Counted from the stretch's first letter, positions 18,031 to 25,513 are shown. The stretch is DNA of 32,000 bases from Polynucleobacter sp. MWH-Aus1W21 (GCF_018687275.1 NZ_CP061287.1:1880212-1912211), one strand, 5' to 3'. Made by a program: numbers and translations. The notes: a model not told the origin generated them from the letters alone.

Positions 18031-18693
18031 ATGAATAAGGAGAACCAAAATGCACCTCAAAATGTTTTTGACATCCACTACAGCAATCCTGAAAGTCGAT
18101 TACGAATCGAAGATATTGTCACAAATATCGAAGAGATACCTTCAAGCGGCAAATCAGGATTACTTCTTTACGGAGTCTATGGGACAGGAAAAACCACTCT
18201 CGCGAACTTGCTACCTGACGCAATCGAAAAAGGTAAAGCTGGCGTAGGCTTAAATAGCCCAGAAACCTTTATTGGCTGTCAGCAAGGATTCAATGGGCCA
18301 CAGGTAATGACGCTTATAGGCAATATCTTAAACGTCATGTCCTTTAACTCTAGCGGGCTTCACTACATCATCCTTGATGAAGTCGATAACTTAACCAAGT
18401 TAGCTCAGCAGAGTTTGAAATCAGCTATGAATACCCATAGGGCAGTTTTTATTCTGACAACCAACAACATATCTGAGCTTGATAAAGGTCTAAAAGATAG
18501 ATGCGTATTGATTGAAATGAATGCGGGCGCTCCTGAGGAGTATTTGCCATTAGCAAAAGAAATTGCCCAAAATAAAAATGTCTTTTTAAACGACGAAGTT
18601 TTATTAGAGGCTATTTCATTGGCAAATGGGTCATTTAGAAATCTTAATCATGGCCTCAAGCGGTTAGCTAGGCGGAAAGGAGTAGCGATATGA
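18031..18693 (+). CDS. Small AAA+ ATPase, clamp-loader (RFC/DnaX)-like
   Basis: 220 aa. Walker A is LLLYGVYGTGKTTLA, Walker B is HYIILDEVDNL and sensor-1 is FILTTNN. AAGGAA RBS is present. Confidence 0.85.
   Translation: MNKENQNAPQNVFDIHYSNPESRLRIEDIVTNIEEIPSSGKSGLLLYGVYGTGKTTLANLLPDAIEKGKAGVGLNSPETFIGCQQGFNGPQVMTLIGNILNVMSFNSSGLHYIILDEVDNLTKLAQQSLKSAMNTHRAVFILTTNNISELDKGLKDRCVLIEMNAGAPEEYLPLAKEIAQNKNVFLNDEVLLEAISLANGSFRNLNHGLKRLARRKGVAI
18580..18594 (+). repeat. Palindrome copy 5, degenerate (GTCTTTTTAAACGAC, 14/15), intragenic
   Basis: One mismatch at position 4. It lies in the AAA+ gene in codon phase 0 (VFLND). Confidence 0.7.
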
Positions 18694-19097
18694 AAAGTCG
18701 AGATATTCACCATGGCGTCTACATGGCACCATTTGGTTTATCAACCATTGTTATGGCAAGTCAGTCTAATCTTGAATGGCATATGAATAAATACCGCACC
18801 CAAAAAGATGAATCATTTTTGAAGGGCTTGCTTAAAAGACTTGAATATTCACTGCCTTTGGAAGACAAGTTTTTTGACTCTAATCCTCACCTAGCCGTAT
18901 CTAGCAATCAAAGGTGGAAGAATTTTTGTGATGATTGCGTAATTCTTGCGACCTTATCAGCATATTTAAATAATAGTAGAGTCGTGCTAATTCACCCTGA
19001 TTCATATAATCCTTCTGAAGGATTGAATACTCAATATGAAATGCCAAAGAAACGCCCAACTTTTATTGAGGGCATAGAAATTCAGCAACTCAATTAA
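18690..19097 (+). CDS. Hypothetical protein
   Basis: 135 aa. Its start forms an ATGA overlap with the AAA+ gene stop, suggesting translational coupling. Confidence 0.6.
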   Translation: MKSRDIHHGVYMAPFGLSTIVMASQSNLEWHMNKYRTQKDESFLKGLLKRLEYSLPLEDKFFDSNPHLAVSSNQRWKNFCDDCVILATLSAYLNNSRVVLIHPDSYNPSEGLNTQYEMPKKRPTFIEGIEIQQLN

Positions 19098-19104
19098 CTC
19101 TCTT

Positions 19105-19131
19105 TAAGCCCACTTTTTAGTGGGCTTTTTT
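19105..19131 (+). terminator. Rho-independent terminator of the 17187-19097 operon
   Basis: AAGCCCAC-TTTTTAG-TGGGCTT followed by TTTT. It lies 8 nt after the stop at 19097. Confidence 0.65.
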
Positions 19132-20401
19132 ACGCCAATTGCTCAGCCGCCATAGTGGGAGTCAGTTTTGAATAGTGCCTCTCAATCATGGCGGCACTAT
19201 TTCCCATTTGCTTAGCCAGCGTGTGAATATCCGTCTTATTCTCTAGTAGCTCTAATGTTGCGTAAGTATGTCGCAATGAGTACAAGGTACGCATTTGCCC
19301 ATCTTGACTCTTAGCTAGCCCACTGTCTCGCATGAGCTTCTTAAATGTCCCATCTATACGCAATGGCTGATGTCCGTCCGCCATTACAAATATCTTTTGA
19401 GGAGCACGAGATTCAAATAATCTATCAAATGGAATGTCATATACGGCCTTTTGACGACTGTGTAAACGCTTGAGAACATCAATCGCTCTATGCTTAGCAA
19501 TTAACCAACGCCCACCAGTCTTGCCATCTACCCATATACGCAAGTACTTTTTACCATTATTGGTATGCCATTCAATGTTATTCCAGCAAATATTTAATGC
19601 TTCAGTTCCATGCCGCATTCCAGTTAATAGAAGCATCTCAACGTAATCTCGCACTAATGGGCGAATCTCGCGCTCAATCTCTAAACGGCCCTCTTTAGCC
19701 CATTGCTCCATATAAGCAAGTAACTTATCAATCTCTTCACGACTAAATGCTGGGCGAGTTTTACCTTTGTGCCCTCGTGAAGTTAATTTTGGTATTGCTA
19801 CACGCTCACTAATCCAGCCTTTATTGACTGCTGTTTGCTGTAGCTTTGTCCAAGCACTAGAAAAGTTCATAAGGGTACTGGCTTTAGGCACTAAGCGCAT
19901 TTGTCTATTTCGCCAAATCTCAAACTCATGAACGTCTGTATAAGTTATTTCTTCTAACCGCTTGTCCTGAAAGTAGGGCAGGAAGTATTTCTCAATACAA
20001 GTGATATAGCTTAGATAAACACTCTTTCCTATACCTTCGCCCAAATCACGTCGCATTTCATAAAGAGTGGTGTGCGCTATTTCTGCGAACGTCGGAGCTT
20101 TTTGCGCAAGTCCTAAGCGCTGGCGAAATCTGGCTTCATCGTATAAGTCGCAGGCAACTCTGACGGCATGTTCAATTGATGCTTGCTTGGTTGAAACTCT
20201 ATCCCATGTGCTGTCATGTCGTTTAAAACGACATTGCCAGAGTGGGCTATTTGGCCTGCGGAAGATAACCACTTCACCGTCACGTAAAAGCAGCGATTGG
20301 GGTTCTGCGAAATGAAGCGTTGATAACTTGGGCTGATGATACTGAGGTGATGAGGGTAGAACTTCTAGATTTGTAAGCTTGGTGACTACGTCCTTAGACA
20401 T
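19130..20401 (-). CDS. Tyrosine-type site-specific integrase (Int-2), paralogue of Int-1 in inverted orientation
   Basis: 423 aa. It carries LLTGMRHGTEA, LRHTYAT and ERHYSK. It is collinear with Int-1 along its whole length (for example YLRIWV.GKTG.RWLIA.H). Palindrome copy 6 lies in codons 57-62 (CRFKRH). Confidence 0.9.
   Translation of the reverse strand: MSKDVVTKLTNLEVLPSSPQYHQPKLSTLHFAEPQSLLLRDGEVVIFRRPNSPLWQCRFKRHDSTWDRVSTKQASIEHAVRVACDLYDEARFRQRLGLAQKAPTFAEIAHTTLYEMRRDLGEGIGKSVYLSYITCIEKYFLPYFQDKRLEEITYTDVHEFEIWRNRQMRLVPKASTLMNFSSAWTKLQQTAVNKGWISERVAIPKLTSRGHKGKTRPAFSREEIDKLLAYMEQWAKEGRLEIEREIRPLVRDYVEMLLLTGMRHGTEALNICWNNIEWHTNNGKKYLRIWVDGKTGGRWLIAKHRAIDVLKRLHSRQKAVYDIPFDRLFESRAPQKIFVMADGHQPLRIDGTFKKLMRDSGLAKSQDGQMRTLYSLRHTYATLELLENKTDIHTLAKQMGNSAAMIERHYSKLTPTMAAEQLA
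20218..20232 (-). repeat. Palindrome copy 6 in opposite orientation (GTCGTTTAAAACGAC on +), inside Int-2
   Basis: Perfect 15-mer. The flanks extend the palindrome to 19 bp (ATGTCGTTTAAAACGACAT). Confidence 0.9.
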
Positions 20402-20465
20402 GAACTTGCTGTAGAAATTTTGAACTCATTCAGCAAGTTTATTTTCAGAGTTTTATTTGGACAAC

Positions 20466-20705
20466 CTAAATGGGTATATTTTTAAAAGATTCCTTATAGC
20501 CTTGTGCGCTTAATACCGTATCGTAAAGACCAACATCATCATCTTCGTGTTTATTAATTCCGACATAATTAAGGCCGGCATCTTCATAGCGCTTAAATTT
20601 ATAAACAGCATCATTCATTAACGGACCATTGAATATGCCAAGGCTAACTACCTGATCCACCGCCTTCTCAGGGTCCCAGTCATTTTGCATTTGTAGTGTT
20701 GTCAC
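20466..20705 (-). CDS. Hypothetical small acidic protein (start uncertain)
   Basis: 79-aa ORF from a GTG start. An ATG five codons in (MQNDWDP...) is an alternative. No motif was recognised. Confidence 0.4.
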   Translation of the reverse strand: MTTLQMQNDWDPEKAVDQVVSLGIFNGPLMNDAVYKFKRYEDAGLNYVGINKHEDDDVGLYDTVLSAQGYKESFKNIPI

Positions 20706-20786
20706 TTTTTCAGTTTTTAGGGAATGTGGATTGAAACGGGGGGATTACCTATTAATCCTCTGCACTATCAAAGAGCTTATTGAAGT

Positions 20787-20801
20787 GTCGTTTTAAACGA
20801 C
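20787..20801 (+). repeat. Palindrome copy 7, GTCGTTTTAAACGAC (right island border)
   Basis: Perfect 15-mer in the same orientation as copies 1 and 2. Sequence to its right is visibly more GC-rich. Confidence 0.9.
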
Positions 20802-20910
20802 AGCGCATGAATGGGGGGTGGCTGTTATGGAGTGAGAAGCGGTCACACAGAATCATTTATTGCTGGAGACAGAGAACGACCCGAAACAGTCATTTATAGA
20901 GATCTAAAAG

Positions 20911-20932
20911 AAAACCACCCGAAGGTGGTTTT
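20911..20932 (-). terminator. Hairpin terminator (bidirectional in appearance) at the distal end of the GC-rich operon
   Basis: AAAACCACC-CGAA-GGTGGTTTT. On the minus strand it is followed by CTTTTAG. Confidence 0.5.
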
Positions 20933-21003
20933 GGTGTTTCTTGGTGGTGGAGTATAGCACTACGCCAAACGCTCATCCCGCAGGAGTGAGGTATGCCGTC
21001 CTG

Positions 21004-21033
21004 AAAACGCCCCCCAATGAGGAATACGGGGCG
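21004..21033 (-). terminator. Candidate Rho-independent terminator about 175 nt downstream of the PIN-like gene
   Basis: The minus strand reads CGCCCC-loop-GGGGCG followed by TTTTCAGG. Confidence 0.45.
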
Positions 21034-21206
21034 AATCCAAGGACTTACTCCAACCACCTCACTGGTTCGGAAAATTACCGTCCAGTGCGTGTGTCGACTG
21101 CTTGCCCCAGCTGAGCTGGCGCTTGCTTGGGACCGATTGTATCCCCTTCTAGCGCATCTTGCCTCCGCCGATGGCCCTGCCCGAAAACCACTTCAGCGCT
21201 TGATGG

Positions 21207-22361
21207 CTATGGTTCCATATCGAAATCGGGCTCAACCTCTCCAACTTCAACGTCGTACTCGCCACCGGCCAATTCAATTGATGGATCAAGTTCATCAACT
21301 GCCGCATGCGCAAGATCGCCACGCAAGGTGATGAACACATCCACTTCCATCTCATGATCGCGTGAGACCTCTAGAGAGCCAAAATTAAGCTCTTCATGGT
21401 CGATGGTGTCGTATATAAAGAATTCAACATTCACGTCCACAGAAACCTGAACTGTTGCCCTGACCTCGATGATGCAAATGGTAGGGTCATGTTCCACCAA
21501 CCATGTACCGATTCCAGCTAGGTCCACCGAGTGAGCGAGGTAGTGCGCTTGATCCACCTCTGCCTCAACACGATGACAAAACCCCGTCCAGACATCATCT
21601 GCATTCCAATATGCACCGGCTACATGGTTTTCAACTGCGGCCTGCACCAATGTAGAAAGACTGCTGGCGGTGCTTCCAAGCTCCGCGCTGACTTTCGCGG
21701 TCACGCCCGCTGCCACCGGATTGGTGGACTTGAACAGCGCAGCGAATTCATCCAAGGATTTCACACAGTAGAGCCAATCACTGTGCTTGGCGAAATCTGC
21801 CCAACCGCCGTCCCGTGAGATCAAGATGCCTTGCTTTTGGGTTGCCTTGGCATGGTTTTCCAGCGTCAGGAGCGCGGCAGCATCGGGAAATTCGGACTTC
21901 TTTCTGGCTTCAAATGGTGCCGCTTCTTGGAAATAGCGGTCAAACATCTGTCGCGCCAAATCTGGCCCAGCAATTGGTAAGACACCCCCACCTAAGCTTG
22001 CCACAAAGGCCTTGAACTCTCTGGAAAAATTGCGCGAGGTAACAGATTCGGAATCAAGCGCTTTGATTTGTTCAGTGACAGGGGTGAAATTCAGACCTGA
22101 TAGGCGTTGCAGTTTTGCAATTGCCGCATTCAACTCTTTGGCGACCTTGGAAACCGGCTCCATTCGATGGGTGTGGACCTCCCGCTCAACAATTTCTGTT
22201 TGCTGGATGGTCAGCCAAGCCGGTCTCTGCAGCGGCAATGCACGTAACGCACCGGCGGAAAATTTGTACGCATGGCTCTGAATTACGTCCGTATCGATCG
22301 AGAAGAAACCAACGCTCTTTTCTTCCAACAATGCTTGCGCGCTTGGCAATCCATTTGGCAT
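21207..22361 (-). CDS. PIN-like (DUF4935-type) domain protein with an acidic C-terminal domain
   Basis: 384 aa. The N-terminal half has the acidic-residue pattern of PIN-like nucleases (FFSIDTDVI..., TEIVEREV, KSEFPDAAALL, ILISRDGGW). The family call is from memory. The C-terminal ~170 aa are unassigned. Confidence 0.6.
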   Translation of the reverse strand: MPNGLPSAQALLEEKSVGFFSIDTDVIQSHAYKFSAGALRALPLQRPAWLTIQQTEIVEREVHTHRMEPVSKVAKELNAAIAKLQRLSGLNFTPVTEQIKALDSESVTSRNFSREFKAFVASLGGGVLPIAGPDLARQMFDRYFQEAAPFEARKKSEFPDAAALLTLENHAKATQKQGILISRDGGWADFAKHSDWLYCVKSLDEFAALFKSTNPVAAGVTAKVSAELGSTASSLSTLVQAAVENHVAGAYWNADDVWTGFCHRVEAEVDQAHYLAHSVDLAGIGTWLVEHDPTICIIEVRATVQVSVDVNVEFFIYDTIDHEELNFGSLEVSRDHEMEVDVFITLRGDLAHAAVDELDPSIELAGGEYDVEVGEVEPDFDMEP

Positions 22362-22388
22362 ATGGCCTCTTTATTACAAGTAGTTGAA

Positions 22389-22601
22389 CTATTCCTGTTT
22401 CTTCCGAAGCATAGTCGCCAACCCAAGACCAATCCCAAACTCAATCGCACTAACTACAGCGTATGAAATTCCGAAAGACGCCCCAATCAAGGCCGCGACA
22501 CCCAGCCCAATCAAGCTGGCGGTACGGTCTCCCTTTGAAAACCATCCAGTGGCCGCACCCGCACCAACGTACAGAACGACATATTTCATACTTATGTACA
22601 T
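22389..22601 (-). CDS. Small Gly-zipper membrane peptide
   Basis: I prefer the ATG at 22601 (MYISMKYVVLYVGAGAATGW...), which has AAGGAA 7 nt upstream. It has two glycine-rich hydrophobic segments (GLGVAALIGASFG, GIGLGLA). Confidence 0.55.
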   Translation of the reverse strand: MYISMKYVVLYVGAGAATGWFSKGDRTASLIGLGVAALIGASFGISYAVVSAIEFGIGLGLATMLRKKQE

Positions 22602-22629
22602 AGAAAGTTCCTTTTCTCGCCAGTTATCT

Positions 22630-23709
22630 TTAACGCTTCCTTGTTGCCCATAGACGCCCACCTTCTATAGACAGTCTGAACTTTTGCTGAGTGTCAACTT
22701 CGCCTAGCCAAACGCCATCGACATCATTTTTGAGAGGCACTGAAGATGCATGATCAAAAACATTTTCATCCGGAGCAAATCTCATGACATTCAATGCCCC
22801 CGTGAATCCATCCAAAACAACAGTCCCAAATTCCCAGGGACAATTGCTCTTCATGCAGCCATTCATCACAAGAAATCTTCCGTTATGAACATGCGAAGAT
22901 CCTGGGCCGCTCATTGCAGTTCTGAATGCTCGAAATCGCTCTGGCTTGATCTTCTGAACCACCGATGCTCGGACCTGCTCGTCACCTAGGACGGTATCCG
23001 GATGCTCTCCGACGAAGCGTAGGAATTTTTTGTCGAAACGAACATCAACGTAACCGTCTTGCTTTACAAATATCCGCGTCGATGGCAACAAATCTCCCAA
23101 ATCGTTCTCAGTTCCGTCGTAAAAATTAATCACAGACGATCTACTAAGGCGTTGCCCATCAAAAGCAAATCCGTATTTTGTGATCTTGTTCTTCGGGCCA
23201 TAGAAGCTGGTGCCTACGCGAGTCACACGAATGCCGGAATCTGCCAAAAACACTATGTAATGATCATTCCACGTACTACACATCGTGCCACCGCAATTCG
23301 TAGTGACGATCGCTAGTTTTGCGTTCTTTTCATCTGGGTATGCAGCTCGGATGTGTACTATCCCATCGCAAGCCCCACTGATGTACTGCAAAGACCCAGA
23401 ATTTCCATTGCGAACTTCGAGTCGCTTGTACTCACATTCCTCTCGAACAGGCTGAGTGTATGACTGTCCAGTAACTTTCCCCTCAGCGACCTGGATGAAT
23501 TGACCGTTGGAGAACCTCACCTTATCCAATACGGTGTATGGTTGACTTTCATCCCACATGAATTCCGAATTTGGTCCACCATTCGGTTGCGCATGTGCTG
23601 ACGCGACAAATCCGAGAAGAAGGAACGCCACTGGCAAGCCCCATACCTTCTTCATCAAGAAGAAGGCACCAATCAGTCGCACTTCAAATTTTCTAATCTT
23701 CCAATTCAT
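22630..23709 (-). CDS. Secreted protein of unknown function
   Basis: The ORF track starts at 23823, which overlaps the SNase gene by 113 nt. An ATG at 23709 lies 1 nt after the SNase stop. An ATG at 23652 gives a clean signal peptide, MKKVWGLPVAFLLLGFVASAHA|QP. The mature part contains several Cys and no known motif. Confidence 0.7.
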   Translation of the reverse strand: MNWKIRKFEVRLIGAFFLMKKVWGLPVAFLLLGFVASAHAQPNGGPNSEFMWDESQPYTVLDKVRFSNGQFIQVAEGKVTGQSYTQPVREECEYKRLEVRNGNSGSLQYISGACDGIVHIRAAYPDEKNAKLAIVTTNCGGTMCSTWNDHYIVFLADSGIRVTRVGTSFYGPKNKITKYGFAFDGQRLSRSSVINFYDGTENDLGDLLPSTRIFVKQDGYVDVRFDKKFLRFVGEHPDTVLGDEQVRASVVQKIKPERFRAFRTAMSGPGSSHVHNGRFLVMNGCMKSNCPWEFGTVVLDGFTGALNVMRFAPDENVFDHASSVPLKNDVDGVWLGEVDTQQKFRLSIEGGRLWATRKR

Positions 23710-23710
23710 A

Positions 23711-24226
23711 TCAATCGCCACCTCGCCCTTGATGCCTAAATTCCCATGGGGCGACTGGAGTGGGCTCACTCCAAAGCCCAATTTTGAGCTGCCTCGCCTG
23801 ATACTCGGCATCAGCATACTCACGCCTCAGACTCTCAGATTGATCATTCGAGTAACGCTTGTAGTGCCAGGCCATTCCGGCTCGAATCTGTTCGAGGCAA
23901 ACATCAGTACCATTAAAAATGACCCGACCAAGGAAACGACCATACCTGTCTTTTTTATTTGACTCGATATTCACTGTCTTCCCGAACACCTGGTCAGAAA
24001 GGCTTTTCTTAGAGACCGATCCAAATGGCTGAGACTTTTCCGGTGCGTCAATCCCTGCGAGCCTCACCTTTAGGCGGTCATGGTTGTCAACGAGAACGGT
24101 TATGGTGTCACCATCCGATACACCAACAACACGACCGACGATATCTGCCGCCGTAGCAGATAAAGAACTCCAAAGGAGTGCAATGCCGCAAAGAGCCAGA
24201 CAGACTGAGTGGGCAGAAATCGGCAT
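23711..24226 (-). CDS. Secreted staphylococcal-nuclease (SNase/thermonuclease) family nuclease
   Basis: 171 aa with a signal peptide ending SATA|AD. It has the SNase core: GVSDGDTITVL...VRLAGIDAPEKSQPFG...DRYGRFLGRV...EQIRAGMAWHYKRY...A.....GLWS. Confidence 0.9.
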   Translation of the reverse strand: MPISAHSVCLALCGIALLWSSLSATAADIVGRVVGVSDGDTITVLVDNHDRLKVRLAGIDAPEKSQPFGSVSKKSLSDQVFGKTVNIESNKKDRYGRFLGRVIFNGTDVCLEQIRAGMAWHYKRYSNDQSESLRREYADAEYQARQLKIGLWSEPTPVAPWEFRHQGRGGD

Positions 24227-24229
24227 GAC

Positions 24230-25456
24230 TTAAGGTTTGATGACTGCGAGAACATCTATGCGAGAAAGCTCCTTCTCACACCACTGTTGAACCTTAAGGT
24301 TTGAAGTGCGCCGCCCCATCTCAGCATACTGAATACTCTCACCCAGATTTCCAATTTTCCTTAAGTGGCCTGCCAACATACACGCAGATGTATCTGAACC
24401 AGCCTTGGCGCGCTCGCGCAGAAAATCACTGAATTCACTGTCACTCGATGGCAGTCGCCCCTTTGAAAACACCCATTCCTTGAACGGCACAGAATCGTAT
24501 CGATCCAACTCGGGACTCAAATAATCATAGTAGGCAATCAACACCATCGCTCTATCTGCTGTTTTCGGCGCATCCTTCCACTCAGCGTATTTGAAAAATG
24601 TCACCTGAAGCAGGTTATATAACGCGTAAACAACGCCCCTCGCTGCTGCCTTGTCGAATAACTCAACTGCCTTTTCTGGATTTTTCGGAGTGCCAAATCC
24701 ATCCAAATAAAAAACCCCCAGATTGTTCAATCCAACACTTGAATCCACATCAATAGCTAGCGACGCATACTCAAACAACCGTTGCTTTGTTACTCTCTTT
24801 GCTATTTCCAAATATTCGGTCCCGGCCCAAGCAAAATTGATCTTGCAGTAGATGTCGCCAACGGCAAAGCATTTCTCATACAACGGCGCGGCCCGCACAG
24901 GCTCGTAGAGTGGAGACTTTGGGTTCATGTAAGACGCCGCCTGCGTCCCCAGTGGGGCATCTGGCAATCTGAAATACTCCTCACACCTTTTAACTGCCAA
25001 CTCTTTATTGAACAAAAGGTGATTGGGGTCCTTGTAGATCTCACAGAGTGCCGCGAGTGCAGCCTTTCGATTTTTATCGTCTCCACTTGAAACAAGGGTT
25101 TCCAGCCTAGACGTCCACAATGAGGCTTGAGGCTTGCTTGTCTTTATTCCTTCTTTCCCCGTTCCGAAATGCATGGCCAGAAGTTGAATCGATGGAACGT
25201 CACCTTTTTGAGCAAGTGGAATCAGAATTTCTGGAGCATCCCCTCCTCGCAGATTACGCATTAGCATCCTCGCGAGCGAAAACTTATCCCGTTCATCCAG
25301 CTGTGTTGCAACAGAGCTCGCATTGCTCAAAACGTAGTCACGCCCATTCTTTTCAAGAATCTCTCGCAGCGTAGCTGCCGAAGCATCAAGACCAACAAGC
25401 ATTCCGTTTAACAACAAAGTTAGGGCAACAAGCGCTCGAATTTTTTTCACTTTCAA
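24230..25456 (-). CDS. Periplasmic Sel1-like repeat (SLR/TPR-type) protein
   Basis: 408 aa with signal peptide MKVKKIRALVALTLLLNGMLVGLDASA. It has the Sel1 signature GLNNLGVFYLDGFGTPKNPEKAVELFDKAAARGVVYALYNL plus further helical repeats. Confidence 0.8.
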   Translation of the reverse strand: MKVKKIRALVALTLLLNGMLVGLDASAATLREILEKNGRDYVLSNASSVATQLDERDKFSLARMLMRNLRGGDAPEILIPLAQKGDVPSIQLLAMHFGTGKEGIKTSKPQASLWTSRLETLVSSGDDKNRKAALAALCEIYKDPNHLLFNKELAVKRCEEYFRLPDAPLGTQAASYMNPKSPLYEPVRAAPLYEKCFAVGDIYCKINFAWAGTEYLEIAKRVTKQRLFEYASLAIDVDSSVGLNNLGVFYLDGFGTPKNPEKAVELFDKAAARGVVYALYNLLQVTFFKYAEWKDAPKTADRAMVLIAYYDYLSPELDRYDSVPFKEWVFSKGRLPSSDSEFSDFLRERAKAGSDTSACMLAGHLRKIGNLGESIQYAEMGRRTSNLKVQQWCEKELSRIDVLAVIKP

Positions 25457-25513
25457 AACCCCTTATCTTCATTGCATTGGGTAACGACCACCACATTGAC
25501 TGACCATCAAAGC

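Larger units (their letters stand above)
10114..20801. mobile_element. AT-rich integrative island with three tyrosine recombinases, bounded by direct copies of GTCGTTTTAAACGAC
   Basis: Identical 15-mers in the same orientation sit at 10114-10128 and 20787-20801. Integrase genes lie at 11543..12814, 15338..15904 and 19130..20401. Base composition is visibly lower in GC than either flank. Most of the gene content is mobile-element-like hypotheticals. Confidence 0.65.

Noticed and set aside
10114-20801. The GTCGTTTTAAACGAC copies as Rho-independent terminators, since several abut stop codons
   Set aside because: As RNA the stem would close on a loop too small to form. Only 4-5 bp are realistically available, no U-tract follows, and three copies lie inside coding sequences.
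21098-21125. Possible tRNA fragment or att repeat: CCAGCTGAGCT matches 11 nt of the tRNA gene at 9973-9983
   Set aside because: The match does not extend further. The local sequence is itself a palindrome (CCAGCT-G-AGCTGG), and the reverse complement does not fold into a D-arm/acceptor arrangement.
22630-23823. Full 397-aa ORF-track model of the secreted protein
   Set aside because: Its first 38 codons overlap the SNase gene by 113 nt. Downstream ATGs at 23709 and 23652 avoid the overlap, and the 23652 start gives a canonical signal peptide.
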